DNA of 63,090 nt, the filler included, from Octopus bimaculoides (lineage: Eukaryota): the NCBI RefSeq assembly GCF_001194135.2. It is 5 parts of 5 records of this genome, joined end to end, with 100 filler letters (N's around TTAATTAATTAA, not from the genome) between each part and the next. Parts side by side here need not be neighbours in the genome. Positions count along the whole stretch, not along the records: positions 37,433 to 55,424 come from NC_068990.1; positions 55,525 to 60,714 come from NC_068995.1; positions 60,815 to 63,090 come from NW_026357424.1; 2 more parts are not named here. One strand, given 5' to 3'. A program made the position numbers and the translations under genes. Below are positions 51,710-63,090 of this stretch, piece by piece. The notes under the pieces are model-generated. The model did no database searches and was not told the DNA's origin. It saw nothing but the letters and a program-made list of their open reading frames with translations. How positions within the stretch are numbered: the stretch's first letter is position 1; the number at the start of each line of letters is the position of its first letter.

Positions 51710-52949
51710 AGCTCTAAATCTATTTTCCAAGTTGTCAGCCATTTTATTTGACCCTCTAGCAACATGATATGTTGCATCAAATGTCAATACTGTAATAGCT
51801 GTACATAGCTGAGATGTATAATGTTTTAGTATCATCATCATTATAATTATTCATACACGTAATTCTGAATTTCTTCAGCTGTTACAGTATTAAATTTCTT
51901 CAAATTAGTTTGACACTTTAGAGACACGCCTCTGCAAGAAAATTCAACCAACTGACTAACCAAGCAACCAACCAGCCAACCAACCAACCAACCAACTAGC
52001 CAACCAACCAACCAACCAACCAACCAACCAACCAACCAACCAACCAACCAGCCAGCCAGCCAACCAACCAACCAACTCACCACCACCACAACAAGAAAAA
52101 CAATAAATACAACTCCTGTGGCATCACGACTTTCGTCGCAGTGCATATATCATTTNNNNNNNNNNNNNNNNNNNNNNNNNNNNNNNNNNNNNNNNNNNNN
52201 NNNNNNNNNNNNNNNNNNNNNNNNNNNNNNNNNNNNNNNNNNNNNNNNNNNNNNNNNNNNNNNNNNNNNNNNNAACATGTTTTTAATAAAATATAAAAGC
52301 AAGCTTAATTTTCGCTGGAAACAATTCTTATTGGCCGCAAGTCCTATCTCTTATAAGAGCTATCTCCGATTGCAATATATCTTTAGAACTCTTATGGCAA
52401 GTAACTCAATTCAACTCTTCTAAATGCCTTCAACAATCGAGGCAATTTCTTCTTAGAGCTAGCTCTTTGAAATCTCTCATCACAACTTTGTAGCTGTAGC
52501 TGTTACCACCAATCACTTCACAACGTCCTTTGTGAACAGACAGCCGTATGATATTTGATATTAACAGCCGATTACAGGTCAATACAGACAAATGTTGCAA
52601 CTCAAACTCCACGTCACAAGTTATGAGAATATTCTCATCCAGATGAATTTTTTTGCTTTTGAAAATTGGTTTTTGTTTCTCTAATTCGTACCCGAATATC
52701 GTGAACAAACATTCCCTACGCTATCAGGTGGAAACATGCAATGCTTTTTTGGCAGCTCTTATGTTTACATAATTCAGCACATCATTTGTACTATTTGTGA
52801 TAGTCCTCCTCCTCCTCCTCGTCGTCGTCGTCGTCGTTGTCGTCGTTGTCGTCGTCATCATCATTATCAAGGAAACTCGGTTTAACAATGCAGTCTTTCT
52901 ATAGAGATGTAAAACATCGAGTACTCCTTACTTGCAAAGACTCTCTCCG

Positions 52950-53140
52950 AATGAGATGCTAGTTTGTCTCATCGTTAACCCTCAGTTGCCACTGGCGCTT
53001 ATTTTCAGCTGAATGGATTGGCAAAACACGAAATAAACGTGCCTTGTTTAAAGGACACAACACACTGCTGGCCCAGGAATCGAACATACAACCTTATGAT
53101 TCTGCGCCTAATACTCTGATCACTGGACTGCGTGCACTAA
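52950..53140 (-). mobile_element. tRNA-derived SINE, diverged
   Basis: Minus strand gcagtccagtgatcagagtattagg...ggttgtatgttcgattcctggg (B box-like), then gtgttgtgtcctttaaacaaggcacgtttatttc. Confidence 0.55.
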
Positions 53141-54944
53141 TAACTTATTGTACATATACGCCTGGACATAACTCATTGAATGTACTTGTCTAACATTTGA
53201 ATGCAAACACAATTTCGTTTCACTGCTTCAATACATACGCAACTTTGTTTTCATATTTGTATATATTTTCATTAATACACAATTTAAAATTAAACTTGAT
53301 TTTCGATACTAATTTTCAATATGTAAGTTACTGTATAATATTCGTAAACTCAACGGAACAAACTAATTTCTTTTACGAAATCATTTGATGAGAATCTTCT
53401 GTAAAATTATATTTTCGTCTATTAGAATCCTCTGAGGCTTATTTGAAACCTTTACAGAATTGCTCTGCATAGAACATGTAATTTCTATAAATAAAAGAAT
53501 AACAGCATATTTTGATATTTGTAAAATGTCAGATTCACTTTATATTATCTCTTTTCTGTTAAATATGCCACTAAAAGTTTTACTGTTAAAACTAGTCGAC
53601 ACTTGGCAGTTGGTTCCAAAGCGGTTCTACTTTTCCTTCGAAATACCGATAGCGCCTCGTAAACTAGTGGCCTACCATTTTAACTATAAGGACTAATTCC
53701 ACCACTGCCTTATGTCTTCGGATGCCTCCGTTCCACAACGCCACTTCGAGAATAACAGTTTATACTACAACTGGGCACGTTCTCTCTCTTTGATATCGAA
53801 AACGGTTTATATATTCTCCTGATTTACTTTGAAGCCCTTCACTGCATATACAAAGGCATATACACTCATCACGGCCGTCTCACTTACATGGACCCACATA
53901 CACACACACTCGAACTGACTAACACATACACCAAATCTGCAGTTGCTTAACATTAATGTTTGAGGATACCCGACATTTCTTGGCCTCCATACATCTCCCC
54001 TACATAGAAACCCCATAGCTACGTAATCATTTCCTTCATTCAGTTTTACTGCCGTATAATAACGCAAATACTTTTCTTTTCTATTCTCCTCATGTCAATC
54101 ATTAAAAAATGGCTATGTACCCGAAATGCTGACTATTTTCTTTTTCCGCATGGCAAATACATTTAACTTACAGTTATTTCTACAGATACGTTCAGTTTCG
54201 TATATTTTTCACTCTCACAGTTTTACAGACCAATGAAGCAGAATAAATATCTGATGACTATGGCATGTGTTCTCTATATTTATTCCACAAATCAATTTCT
54301 CAGAAACAAATATAACAGAAACAACAACAGCAACGTAACTGAAGTAGCAGCCTTGCCACTAACAGAGTAACATCATTGAAACACTGTGTAAATACTCAAT
54401 TATAACCAATCATCCAACAAGCAATCTGCCATATTACCACACAAACCACGCTGGCATTTCGCTACACCATCACAATATGAACATAATTTTCAACCACCAG
54501 TAGCATCCTGAGCACGGTCTGTCAAAAGTAGCCGCCAAAATTTCTTCTAATCACACCTTACTTAAATAAGGATGAGATATCTTTGATGAAAGATCAAAGA
54601 GACAACTTAAAAGAGAGACTTGAATAAGAGACGGCTTAAATAAGGAGGAGACATCTTTGATCAAAGATCTGTTTACTCAGGGTTGACTTTTGGCTAAACA
54701 ACACCACCAGCAACAATACAATAACACAACTCTTATCAACGAATGTACACCATCATAGTACCAATACTACATACAATTTCAAAATCATTCCTCTGCGCCA
54801 TCAAATAGCTACACAGTCACTACATCCAGCTTAGCACATCACAAATCGCCAGAGCAGTGTTGCTCAAGGTGGGGCAGTGTTGCTCAAGGTGGGGCATTGG
54901 TATTCTTTCATTAGGGCATGAGATTTCAACATGCGGTGTATGTG

Positions 54945-55424
54945 TGTCTATTTTTGTGTCTGTATTTGTCCCTCCCTACCATTGCTTGACAACCGATGTT
55001 GGTGTGTTTACGTTCCCGTAACTTGCCGGTTCTGCAAATATGAAAGATGGATTCAATAATTACTAGGTTTACAAAGAATAAGTCCCGGGATCAATTTCTT
55101 CGACCGAAAAACTTTAAGGTGATGCTCCAACATGGCCGCAATCAAATGACTGAAATATGTAAAAGAATAAAAGAATAGATGCGTACTCACACACACACAC
55201 ATGTACTCGTGCCAATGTATGAATCTCTCGATCCTTGTGTCATTTTGTAATAATGGTTTCAAATTTTGGCACAAGGCCAGCAAATTCGAGGCTAGAGGTG
55301 AGTTGATTACATCGACCCCAGTGCTCAACTGGTACTTATTTTATCGAACCCAAAAGAATGAAAGGCAAAGCCGACCCCGGTGGAATTTGAACCCCAGGAC
55401 GTAAAGACGGACGTAAAGTATTTC
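54945..55424. mobile_element. SINE family C tail (+, 54945-55175) followed by SINE family B (-, 55245-55424)
   Basis: Both match other copies in the window; the second is truncated at the scaffold linker. Confidence 0.75.
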
Positions 55425-55524
55425 NNNNNNNNNNNNNNNNNNNNNNNNNNNNNNNNNNNNNNNNNNNNTTAATTAATTAANNNNNNNNNNNNNNNNNNNN
55501 NNNNNNNNNNNNNNNNNNNNNNNN

Positions 55525-55562
<38 letters not shown>

Positions 55563-56469
55563 AAGCGCACATATATATAAATAGATACCTACCCACCTAC
55601 CTACATACATATATATATATATATAATATACATGCACATATACATGCACACGTACACACAAAAACTCACTCACACACGCATAGACATACACATACACACA
55701 CATGACTATTTACTTGATAGGTCGTACGGTGCTGAGCAATACTCACCCACCTAACCACCAACCAGCCAGCCAACCAACCAACCAACCAGCCAACCAAAGA
55801 AACATCTCTTTCACCAGCCACCCAACCAGCCAACCAATCAATTTAGCCTTTATTTAGAAGCACTTGCCAAACATTCATGCTCCACTGATTTCAATACACT
55901 GACACTCACACAAACAAGACGTTCACTTTTCGCTCCACTGATGTTGACAACCAACACAAAGGCAAACATTTTAGGTTCAATACTGACTCGCAGCTAGAGA
56001 CTTATTCTATTGTGAAATGGCGTGAGACAAGCGTATAATTATTGTTAATTATTTGTCAAGTGTCATTTTAAGTAGACCCTATTTAATATAGACCCTATTT
56101 CTTAAGATTTCTATTAAAGACCCTTTCTTGAAGTCCTTTCTTGCGAAGACTGTAAATTAACATGTTAAAATTTAATTCAATTTTAGACTTTCATTTAAAA
56201 CAAAGTATTGTATGGATATGCAAAGAAAAGGGGAAAACTCAGCAAGAATCAAACTTTTGTTCCTTTTGCTGACACCTCGAAATAAATTACTTCTGTTAGA
56301 TGTAAACTCTTTCTTGATAGACATTTAGTAGATATACATATTAAATGGACGTCTACGTGGGCGTCCGACGACTCCACCATTTTTATCGCTTAACTAGGAA
56401 AAAGTGCTGATCTCATGACGTTTCTTAGTGTTTCTGAAATTGTGAGAATGGAGGGGAGAAGGAGGTTGG

Positions 56470-57070
56470 TTTCCTCAAAATAGAAATCTGGCTTGGATGT
56501 TTGATACACTGTAGAAAATTTCTTCGCTAAAGGTACCCAAGAAGCGGGTGGTGGTGTTAATCCGGGCGATCTGGTAGGTCTCTAACCTATATAGACCACA
56601 GCGAGATTTGAACTCACTGTTCAGAGTCGGAAAATATACGGCAAAGCATCCCATCCGACTTTCTGATGATTTCTTCATTCTATCGCTCTAGAAAGTTACT
56701 TTACTTTACCATCTCCAGAAGAATGAAATGTGAAGTTGACTTCGGCAGGATTTGAACTCAAAAATGGATAAGCCAGAATAAATACCGAAAAGTATTTTGT
56801 CCGACATTCTAACAACTCTGCCACCAAAATATCAAGCAAAATTCTGTAAAGAAACAACATATTGTCAGAAAAGACAATTCCGTTGGAGAATTGAATTTCT
56901 CCTATCGTCTGTAATAAGGCGGTCAACAGGCAGAGTCGGTAGAGCGTCGGATAGATTGCTTGGCAATAAACATTCTGGCTATCTGTGCTCCGAGTTCAAA
57001 CTCCACCAAGATCAAAATTGCCTTACATTCTTTCGGGCTTGATAAGAAAAAAAAAATACCAGTCATGTTC
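56470..57070. mobile_element. Cluster of diverged SINE family B copies (two minus, one plus)
   Basis: gatttgaactca motifs at about 56605 and 56750; taaggcggtcaacaggcagagtcggtagagc...cgagttcaaactccacc at 56915-57010. Confidence 0.55.
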
Positions 57071-57076
57071 TGGAAT

Positions 57077-57160
<84 letters not shown>

Positions 57161-57700
57161 TTCATACTGTCAATTTATTCCTCTCACTTTCTGGAAGAAT
57201 TTAGTTGTGGTCAATTTGGATACGTATGAGCTCCACTTGGTTTAAAAAAGCCCAACATGTGTCATACGTTACGTCGGTTCCTCTACGACTCCATCATGAG
57301 TCGAGCACCCAAAGCAAGTGAAAGCAAGACAAAGCAAGACAAAGACCACCATTTGTATTAATCTTCAATGTCAAGTAAACAGAAAATGTTAAACTTCATG
57401 TATTTATTGTTGTTCATTGTTGGTCATCCATGAACGCAAATTTGAGTGTCTTTATAACTCATCGCTACATCTTATCAAACATTATATTGAAATTACCGTG
57501 TTTTCCGGCATACACGTCGCATTTTTCACACTAAAATCTCCAGACAAAGATTGTTTGGAGTGATAAAGCCACATTTAAATTAAATATCTCAATTAACCAC
57601 CATAATTACACATATTGTTGGCCCGAGAATCCACTTACCTGAAGCTATTGGTAGTCTTCTTGTTAACCTACAAATAAAGTACATACCTACATACATACAT

Positions 57701-57785
<85 letters not shown>

Positions 57786-57788
<3 letters not shown>

Positions 57789-58410
57789 GTAAAAATATGT
57801 GACACTTATTCAGTAGCCATGATAGAACTCCGAGTTTCGGATGCCAGGGTGGGAGCCTACGCCAACATCTCTTCAGTTATCCGGCCAATTGAAAATTCCT
57901 GTGAAAAATGACCGTTAAAAACAAAGGGAAATTGCTGTGTTGTGACAAGGTCAAGACGCGTCTAAAACTGCGTATATTATCGCATGCACGCATATATCCA
58001 TATACGCACGCACATATCTCTATATACGCACGCATATCTCTATATACGCACGCATATATCTATATACGCACGCACCCACGCGCACACTCACAAGCGCGCA
58101 CATATAAAGTTCTTTGTACGTGTCTATAGGTGCACAGGAAAAAACGTGCGTATATAGATATATGCGTGCGTATATAGAGATATATGTGTGCATATATGGA
58201 TATATGCGTGCATGCGATAATATACGCAGTTTTAGACGCGTTTTGACCTTGTCACTACATAGTAATTTCTCTTTGTTTTTAACGGTCATTTTTCACAGGA
58301 ATTTTCAATGTCCGGATAACTGAAGAGGTGTTGGCATGGGCTCCCAACCTGGCATCCGAAACTCGGAGTTTTATCATGGCTACTGAATAAGTGTCACATA
58401 TTTTTACAGA
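57786..58410. mobile_element. Fold-back / MITE-like element: ~270-bp arms, 72-nt spacer, TA flanks
   Basis: 57786-58072 is the reverse complement of 58145-58410 with about 15 differences plus one extra 20-bp unit. Ends are TA|TCTGTAAAAATATGTGAC...GTCACATATTTTTACAGA|TA. Mirrored ORFs appear in the track (57908+ and 58289-). Confidence 0.92.
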
Positions 58411-58480
58411 TAAATTCCTCTATTTGCATAATATCGAGGTCTCTTTCTTTCTTTTGTTGTCCTATCAAATATATATATAT

Positions 58481-58513
<33 letters not shown>

Positions 58514-58976
58514 NNNNNNNNNNNNNNNNNNNNNNNNNNNNNNNNNNNNNNNNNNNNNNNNNNNNNNNNNNNNNNNNNNNNNNNNNNNNNNNNNNNNNNN
58601 NNNNNNNNNNNNNNNNNNNNNNNNNNNNNNNNNNNNNNNNNNNNNNNNNNNNNNNNNNNNNNNNNNNNNNNNNNNNNNNNNNNNNNNNNNNNNNNNNNNN
58701 NNNNNNNNNNNNNNNNNNNNNNNNNNNNNNNNNNNNNNNNNNNNNNNNNNNNNNNNNNNNNNNNNNNNNNNNNNNNNNNNNNNNNNNNNNNNNNNNNNNN
58801 NNNNNNNNNNNNNNNNNNNNNNNNNNNNNNNNNNNNNNNNNNNNNNNNNNNNNNNNNNNNNNNNNNNNNNNNNNNNNNNNNNNNNNNNNNNNNNNNNNNN
58901 NNNNNNNNNNNNNNNNNNNNNNNNNNNNNNNNNNNNNNNNNNNNNNNNNNNNNNNNNNNNNNNNNNNNNNNNNNNN

Positions 58977-59017
<41 letters not shown>

Positions 59018-59543
59018 GTATGTATGTATGCATGTATATTGATCTGCATGTCAATACATTTCACAAAACATTTTATTGAATATAATTGACTGGATACAGC
59101 CGTTGATATTGAGCACTCATGCGTTGTCACACTTATGAAACATTACCGAATATTGCTATTAATTAACATCGTGAGAGAAGTGGCATTTAAAAATTTTTTG
59201 CTGTCGTAATTTTATAATATTTGACGAAAATTCGTGAACAGCTCTTCATAACAGAAATCAACTATTAAAGCTAGATTTAGCTATGTAAGTAAGTTGGCTA
59301 CAGTAGCCGCCTTTATTGCAAAAGATCAATTTAATGTAATCGATAATGAATATTTGCTGCACAAAGGCAAAATTGTTCAAGTAAAATAATTGCAGTTATT
59401 GTAATAAAGATAATGAATTTTGCCCTCCTACGCTACACTATAGCAAATGTTAAACAGATTTGCTTGTTGCGCATACCAAATACATACGTATACATACATA
59501 TGTGTGTGAATATATATGAATGTACGTAATGAATGTACGTATG

Positions 59544-59604
<61 letters not shown>

Positions 59605-60348
59605 ATTTGTCTTAGAGGATACGACTATTAACCATCATTTATATTAACAGGGAAGATGCAGACTATAAACAGGATAGAAAAGGAGGCAATTATTACACCT
59701 TAAAGTCGTGCACATACAAAGCGCATGCGCACATGCGTGTATGGGTGTGCGCGTGTTTAATGTGTGTCTATGTGTGTACGCCTTTACACGTACGTGTATA
59801 TTTGCATTATATGTATACATACTTACATGTGTGTGTGTGTGTGTGTGTGTACGTATATTTGTAAGTGTATATGTACACGTGCAAGTGCAGACACATTATC
59901 ATACATGCACAAACACGCATTTCTCTAGTGAATGAAATGAATTTCTCTTAGAACTGGCACTGAGTACTTCTTATAAAACCCTGTTTATCTATCTATCTAT
60001 CTATCTACCTACCTATCTATGCATACATACATACATACATATACAGGTCGAGAGCGAGAAATAGATGTACGAATACATAAGCACACACACACGTATATAT
60101 GCATATACTTAAGTATATATATATATATATATATATATATACGCATATATGTATGTATTATGTATGTATGTATACATACACACATGCATATTCATAAATG
60201 AATAAGTTTGTTGTGTATATATGTATGGATACACATCAATATGATTTTTTGATGTTTATTCTATATTTATGGCATTCGCAGCTGTCTACGCAATTATGTG
60301 ATGTATAGAATAGCACACACACACACACACACACGCACACACACACAC

Positions 60349-60384
<36 letters not shown>

Positions 60385-60548
60385 GTACATATACAAATAT
60401 ATAGATGTACACATAGGTACATATATATACATATGTATAGGTTATGTGTATATACATGTACATAGATATACGTACGTATGTGTGTGTGTGTGTGTAATGG
60501 TATATATATGTGTGTGTATGTGTGTGTGTGTGTGGTGTGTGTGTGTGT

Positions 60549-60583
<35 letters not shown>

Positions 60584-62716
60584 GTAGGTAGGAACACGGA
60601 TAAGAAACATGCCTTCTGATCAACTGAATAGAAATCGGAACAAAAGCAACAGTAAAAACAGTGAGAAAAGCGACGATGACTTCCCCCTCGCCGCCGCCAT
60701 CAGCAAATACAACANNNNNNNNNNNNNNNNNNNNNNNNNNNNNNNNNNNNNNNNNNNNTTAATTAATTAANNNNNNNNNNNNNNNNNNNNNNNNNNNNNN
60801 NNNNNNNNNNNNNNTGTGTGTGTGTATGTGAGCGCGTAATTGTTAATTTAGTAGTGAGAAAGCATGTGGGAGGAGGTGAGAGCTTGTGTGAATGCGAGGG
60901 TATTATATGTAGTGTTGATGAACATAGGACGGCGGGAACAATGTAGAAGGTGTTATAAACGTGTGTGCGAGTGTACGACAAAAAAAAAAAAAATACGTAG
61001 GAGTAAGAAATATTATCAGATAAAGAAAAAAGTTTTCAAATAAAAACTGAATTTGTGAAGCAACAAGAACTGTTTGTGGACAACCACAAACTGTCTTAAA
61101 CTGAAACTTTAGACATTTGTTAATGGTCGCCTGAAGGTTGGTAACAAGAAAACTTGGAGTAGACCAAGCAGAGTGACACAAGGGTTACTTTCCGTGGTGA
61201 ATATGTGTGTGTGTGTGCGTGTGTGTGTGTCTCTGTTTGTCTGTATGTATGAATGTGTACTTATTAGTTACCATGTGTGTTTGTGTGTATGCATGGTTGT
61301 GTGCATATATATATAGATATGCAAACCCATATATATATATATATACACACACATATATATACATGTATGTANNNNNNNNNNNNNNNNNNNNNNNNNNNNN
61401 NNNNNNNNNNNNNNNNNNNNNNNNNNNNNNNNNNNNNNNNNNNNNNNNNNNNNNNNNNNNNNNNNNNNNNNNNNNNNNNNNNNNNNNNNNNNNNNNNNNN
61501 NNNNNNNNNNNNNNNNNNNNNNNNNNNNNNNNNNNNNNNNNNNNNNNNNNNNNNNNNNNNNNNNNNNNNNNNNNNNNNNNNNNNNNNNNNNNNNNNNNNN
61601 NNNNNNNNNNNNNNNNNNNNNNNNNNNNNNNNNNNNNNNNNNNNNNNNNNNNNNNNNNNNNNNNNNNNNNNNNNNNNNNNNNNNNNNNNNNNNNNNNNNN
61701 NNNNNNNNNNNNNNNNNNNNNNNNNNNNNNNNNNNNNNNNNNNNNNNNNNNNNNNNNNNNNNNNNNNNNNNNNNNNNNNNNNNNNNNNNNNNNNNNNNNN
61801 NNNNNNNNNNNNNNNNNNNNNNNNNNNNNNNNNNNNNNNNNNNNNNNNNNNNNNNNNNNNNNNNNNNNNNNNNNNNNNNNNNNNNNNNNNNNNNNNNNNN
61901 NNNNNNNNNNNNNNNNNNNNNNNNNNNNNNNNNNNNNNNNNNNNNNNNNNNNNNNNNNNNNNNNNNNNNNNNNNNNNNNNNNNNNNNNNNNNNNNNNNNN
62001 NNNNNNNNNNNNNNNNNNNNNNNNNNNNNNNNNNNNNNNNNNNNNNNNNNNNNNNNNNNNNNNNNNNNNNNNNNNNNNNNNNNNNNNNNNNNNNNNNNNN
62101 NNNNNNNNNNNNNNNNNNNNNNNNNNNNNNNNNNNNNNNNNNNNNNNNNNNNNNNNNNNNNNNNNNNNNNNNNNNNNNNNNNNNNNGTAATCGCGAAATC
62201 GGTCGATACACAGTTAAGTTTATTTAAAAGAAAGTAGGTAGGCTTCTGTTGGTTGTTTTTCCTCGCATTAGGTACTAAATGTGGTTATTTTGAGAAGTCC
62301 ACTGTGTGGCGTTGTTATTTTTCTGTAATAATGCCCTTTATATAAATATAAACGAATAATTATATTCTTGGGAATAGAAATTTCCCATACGAATTTTTTT
62401 ACACACTGGCTTCTTGATAAAATTCCTGTAAAAGAGTTTTATCCCTTTTTGAATTTATATATATATATATATATATGTATGTATAGCTCATTATTTTTTC
62501 TATTGAGAAGGTATTTTTTAACTACATTTCTAAGTCAGGTATAATTTCACGACGATATATTTCCCGTTCCATATCAGTTTTTATTCCAACCATTTTTCAC
62601 GTCAGTAAGTTATATGTATTGCATAAATATTGGTGTAATTCTCTTTCGCTGGCGTGGCTGGCATCATGGTGACTCACGGCGCATTGTCCCGGAACAAAGG
62701 TTACGAGATCTCTCTT

Positions 62717-62748
<32 letters not shown>

Positions 62749-62766
62749 TCTCCCTCTCTCTCTCTC

Positions 62767-62800
<34 letters not shown>

Positions 62801-63090
62801 TACATATGCATGTGCACGCTTATTCATATATGTATGTTATTCGTCTTGTATATTATATATATATATATATATGAGTATGTATATATTATATCGGTGGGTG
62901 TGTTTGCGTGTATGTGTGTTTATATCTATGTGTGTGTATGTGTCAAAAGTCGACTTTATGTGCTAAAAAGTTATCACACGAGTCTCTGTTAATGCACGCG
63001 CGCACATAAACGCACATACAAACATTGACACACACACACACAATGCGTCAAACACAAACACATGTAGACAGGAGCATATATATATATATA

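Noticed and set aside
54854-54893. Exact 20-bp tandem duplication gcagtgttgctcaaggtggg resembling a hAT-MITE terminus
   Set aside because: No matching opposite terminus or TSD found, so it is too short to interpret.

Overview
AT-rich, gap-ridden eukaryotic (metazoan) scaffold, saturated with microsatellites and tRNA-derived SINEs. The repeat content looks like an octopus genome; this is an inference and I could not run a search. The only gene I can name is PRCC. Its last two coding exons lie on the + strand (37528-37728 and 38858-38944), ending in the signature ...HQITYLAYQ|AKERELELKNQWSQNKMTKRQTQAKYGF*, and its upstream exons are not visible. The rest is mostly mobile-element debris: a decayed mariner transposon, two Penelope-like (PLE) reverse transcriptase relics plus a probable GIY-YIG relic, two RTE-clade LINE 3' ends, a CR1-like LINE 3' end, L1/Tx1 fragments, at least three SINE families, and three non-coding fold-back (palindromic) elements. 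The most interesting signals are: (i) a hammerhead-ribozyme core with a palindromic helix III just downstream of a PLE relic, and a second decayed hammerhead-shaped motif in a short repeat; (ii) two ~95%-identical SINEs in opposite orientation bracketing the PRCC terminal exon, plus a palindromic MITE in the likely 3' UTR, giving candidate dsRNA/ADAR substrates; (iii) a 625-bp near-perfect fold-back element; (iv) a CpG-depleted domain around PRCC; (v) weak evidence for a second, possibly decayed, gene on the minus strand. Most ORFs in the supplied track are microsatellite or N-gap artefacts. All identities and counts were done by hand.
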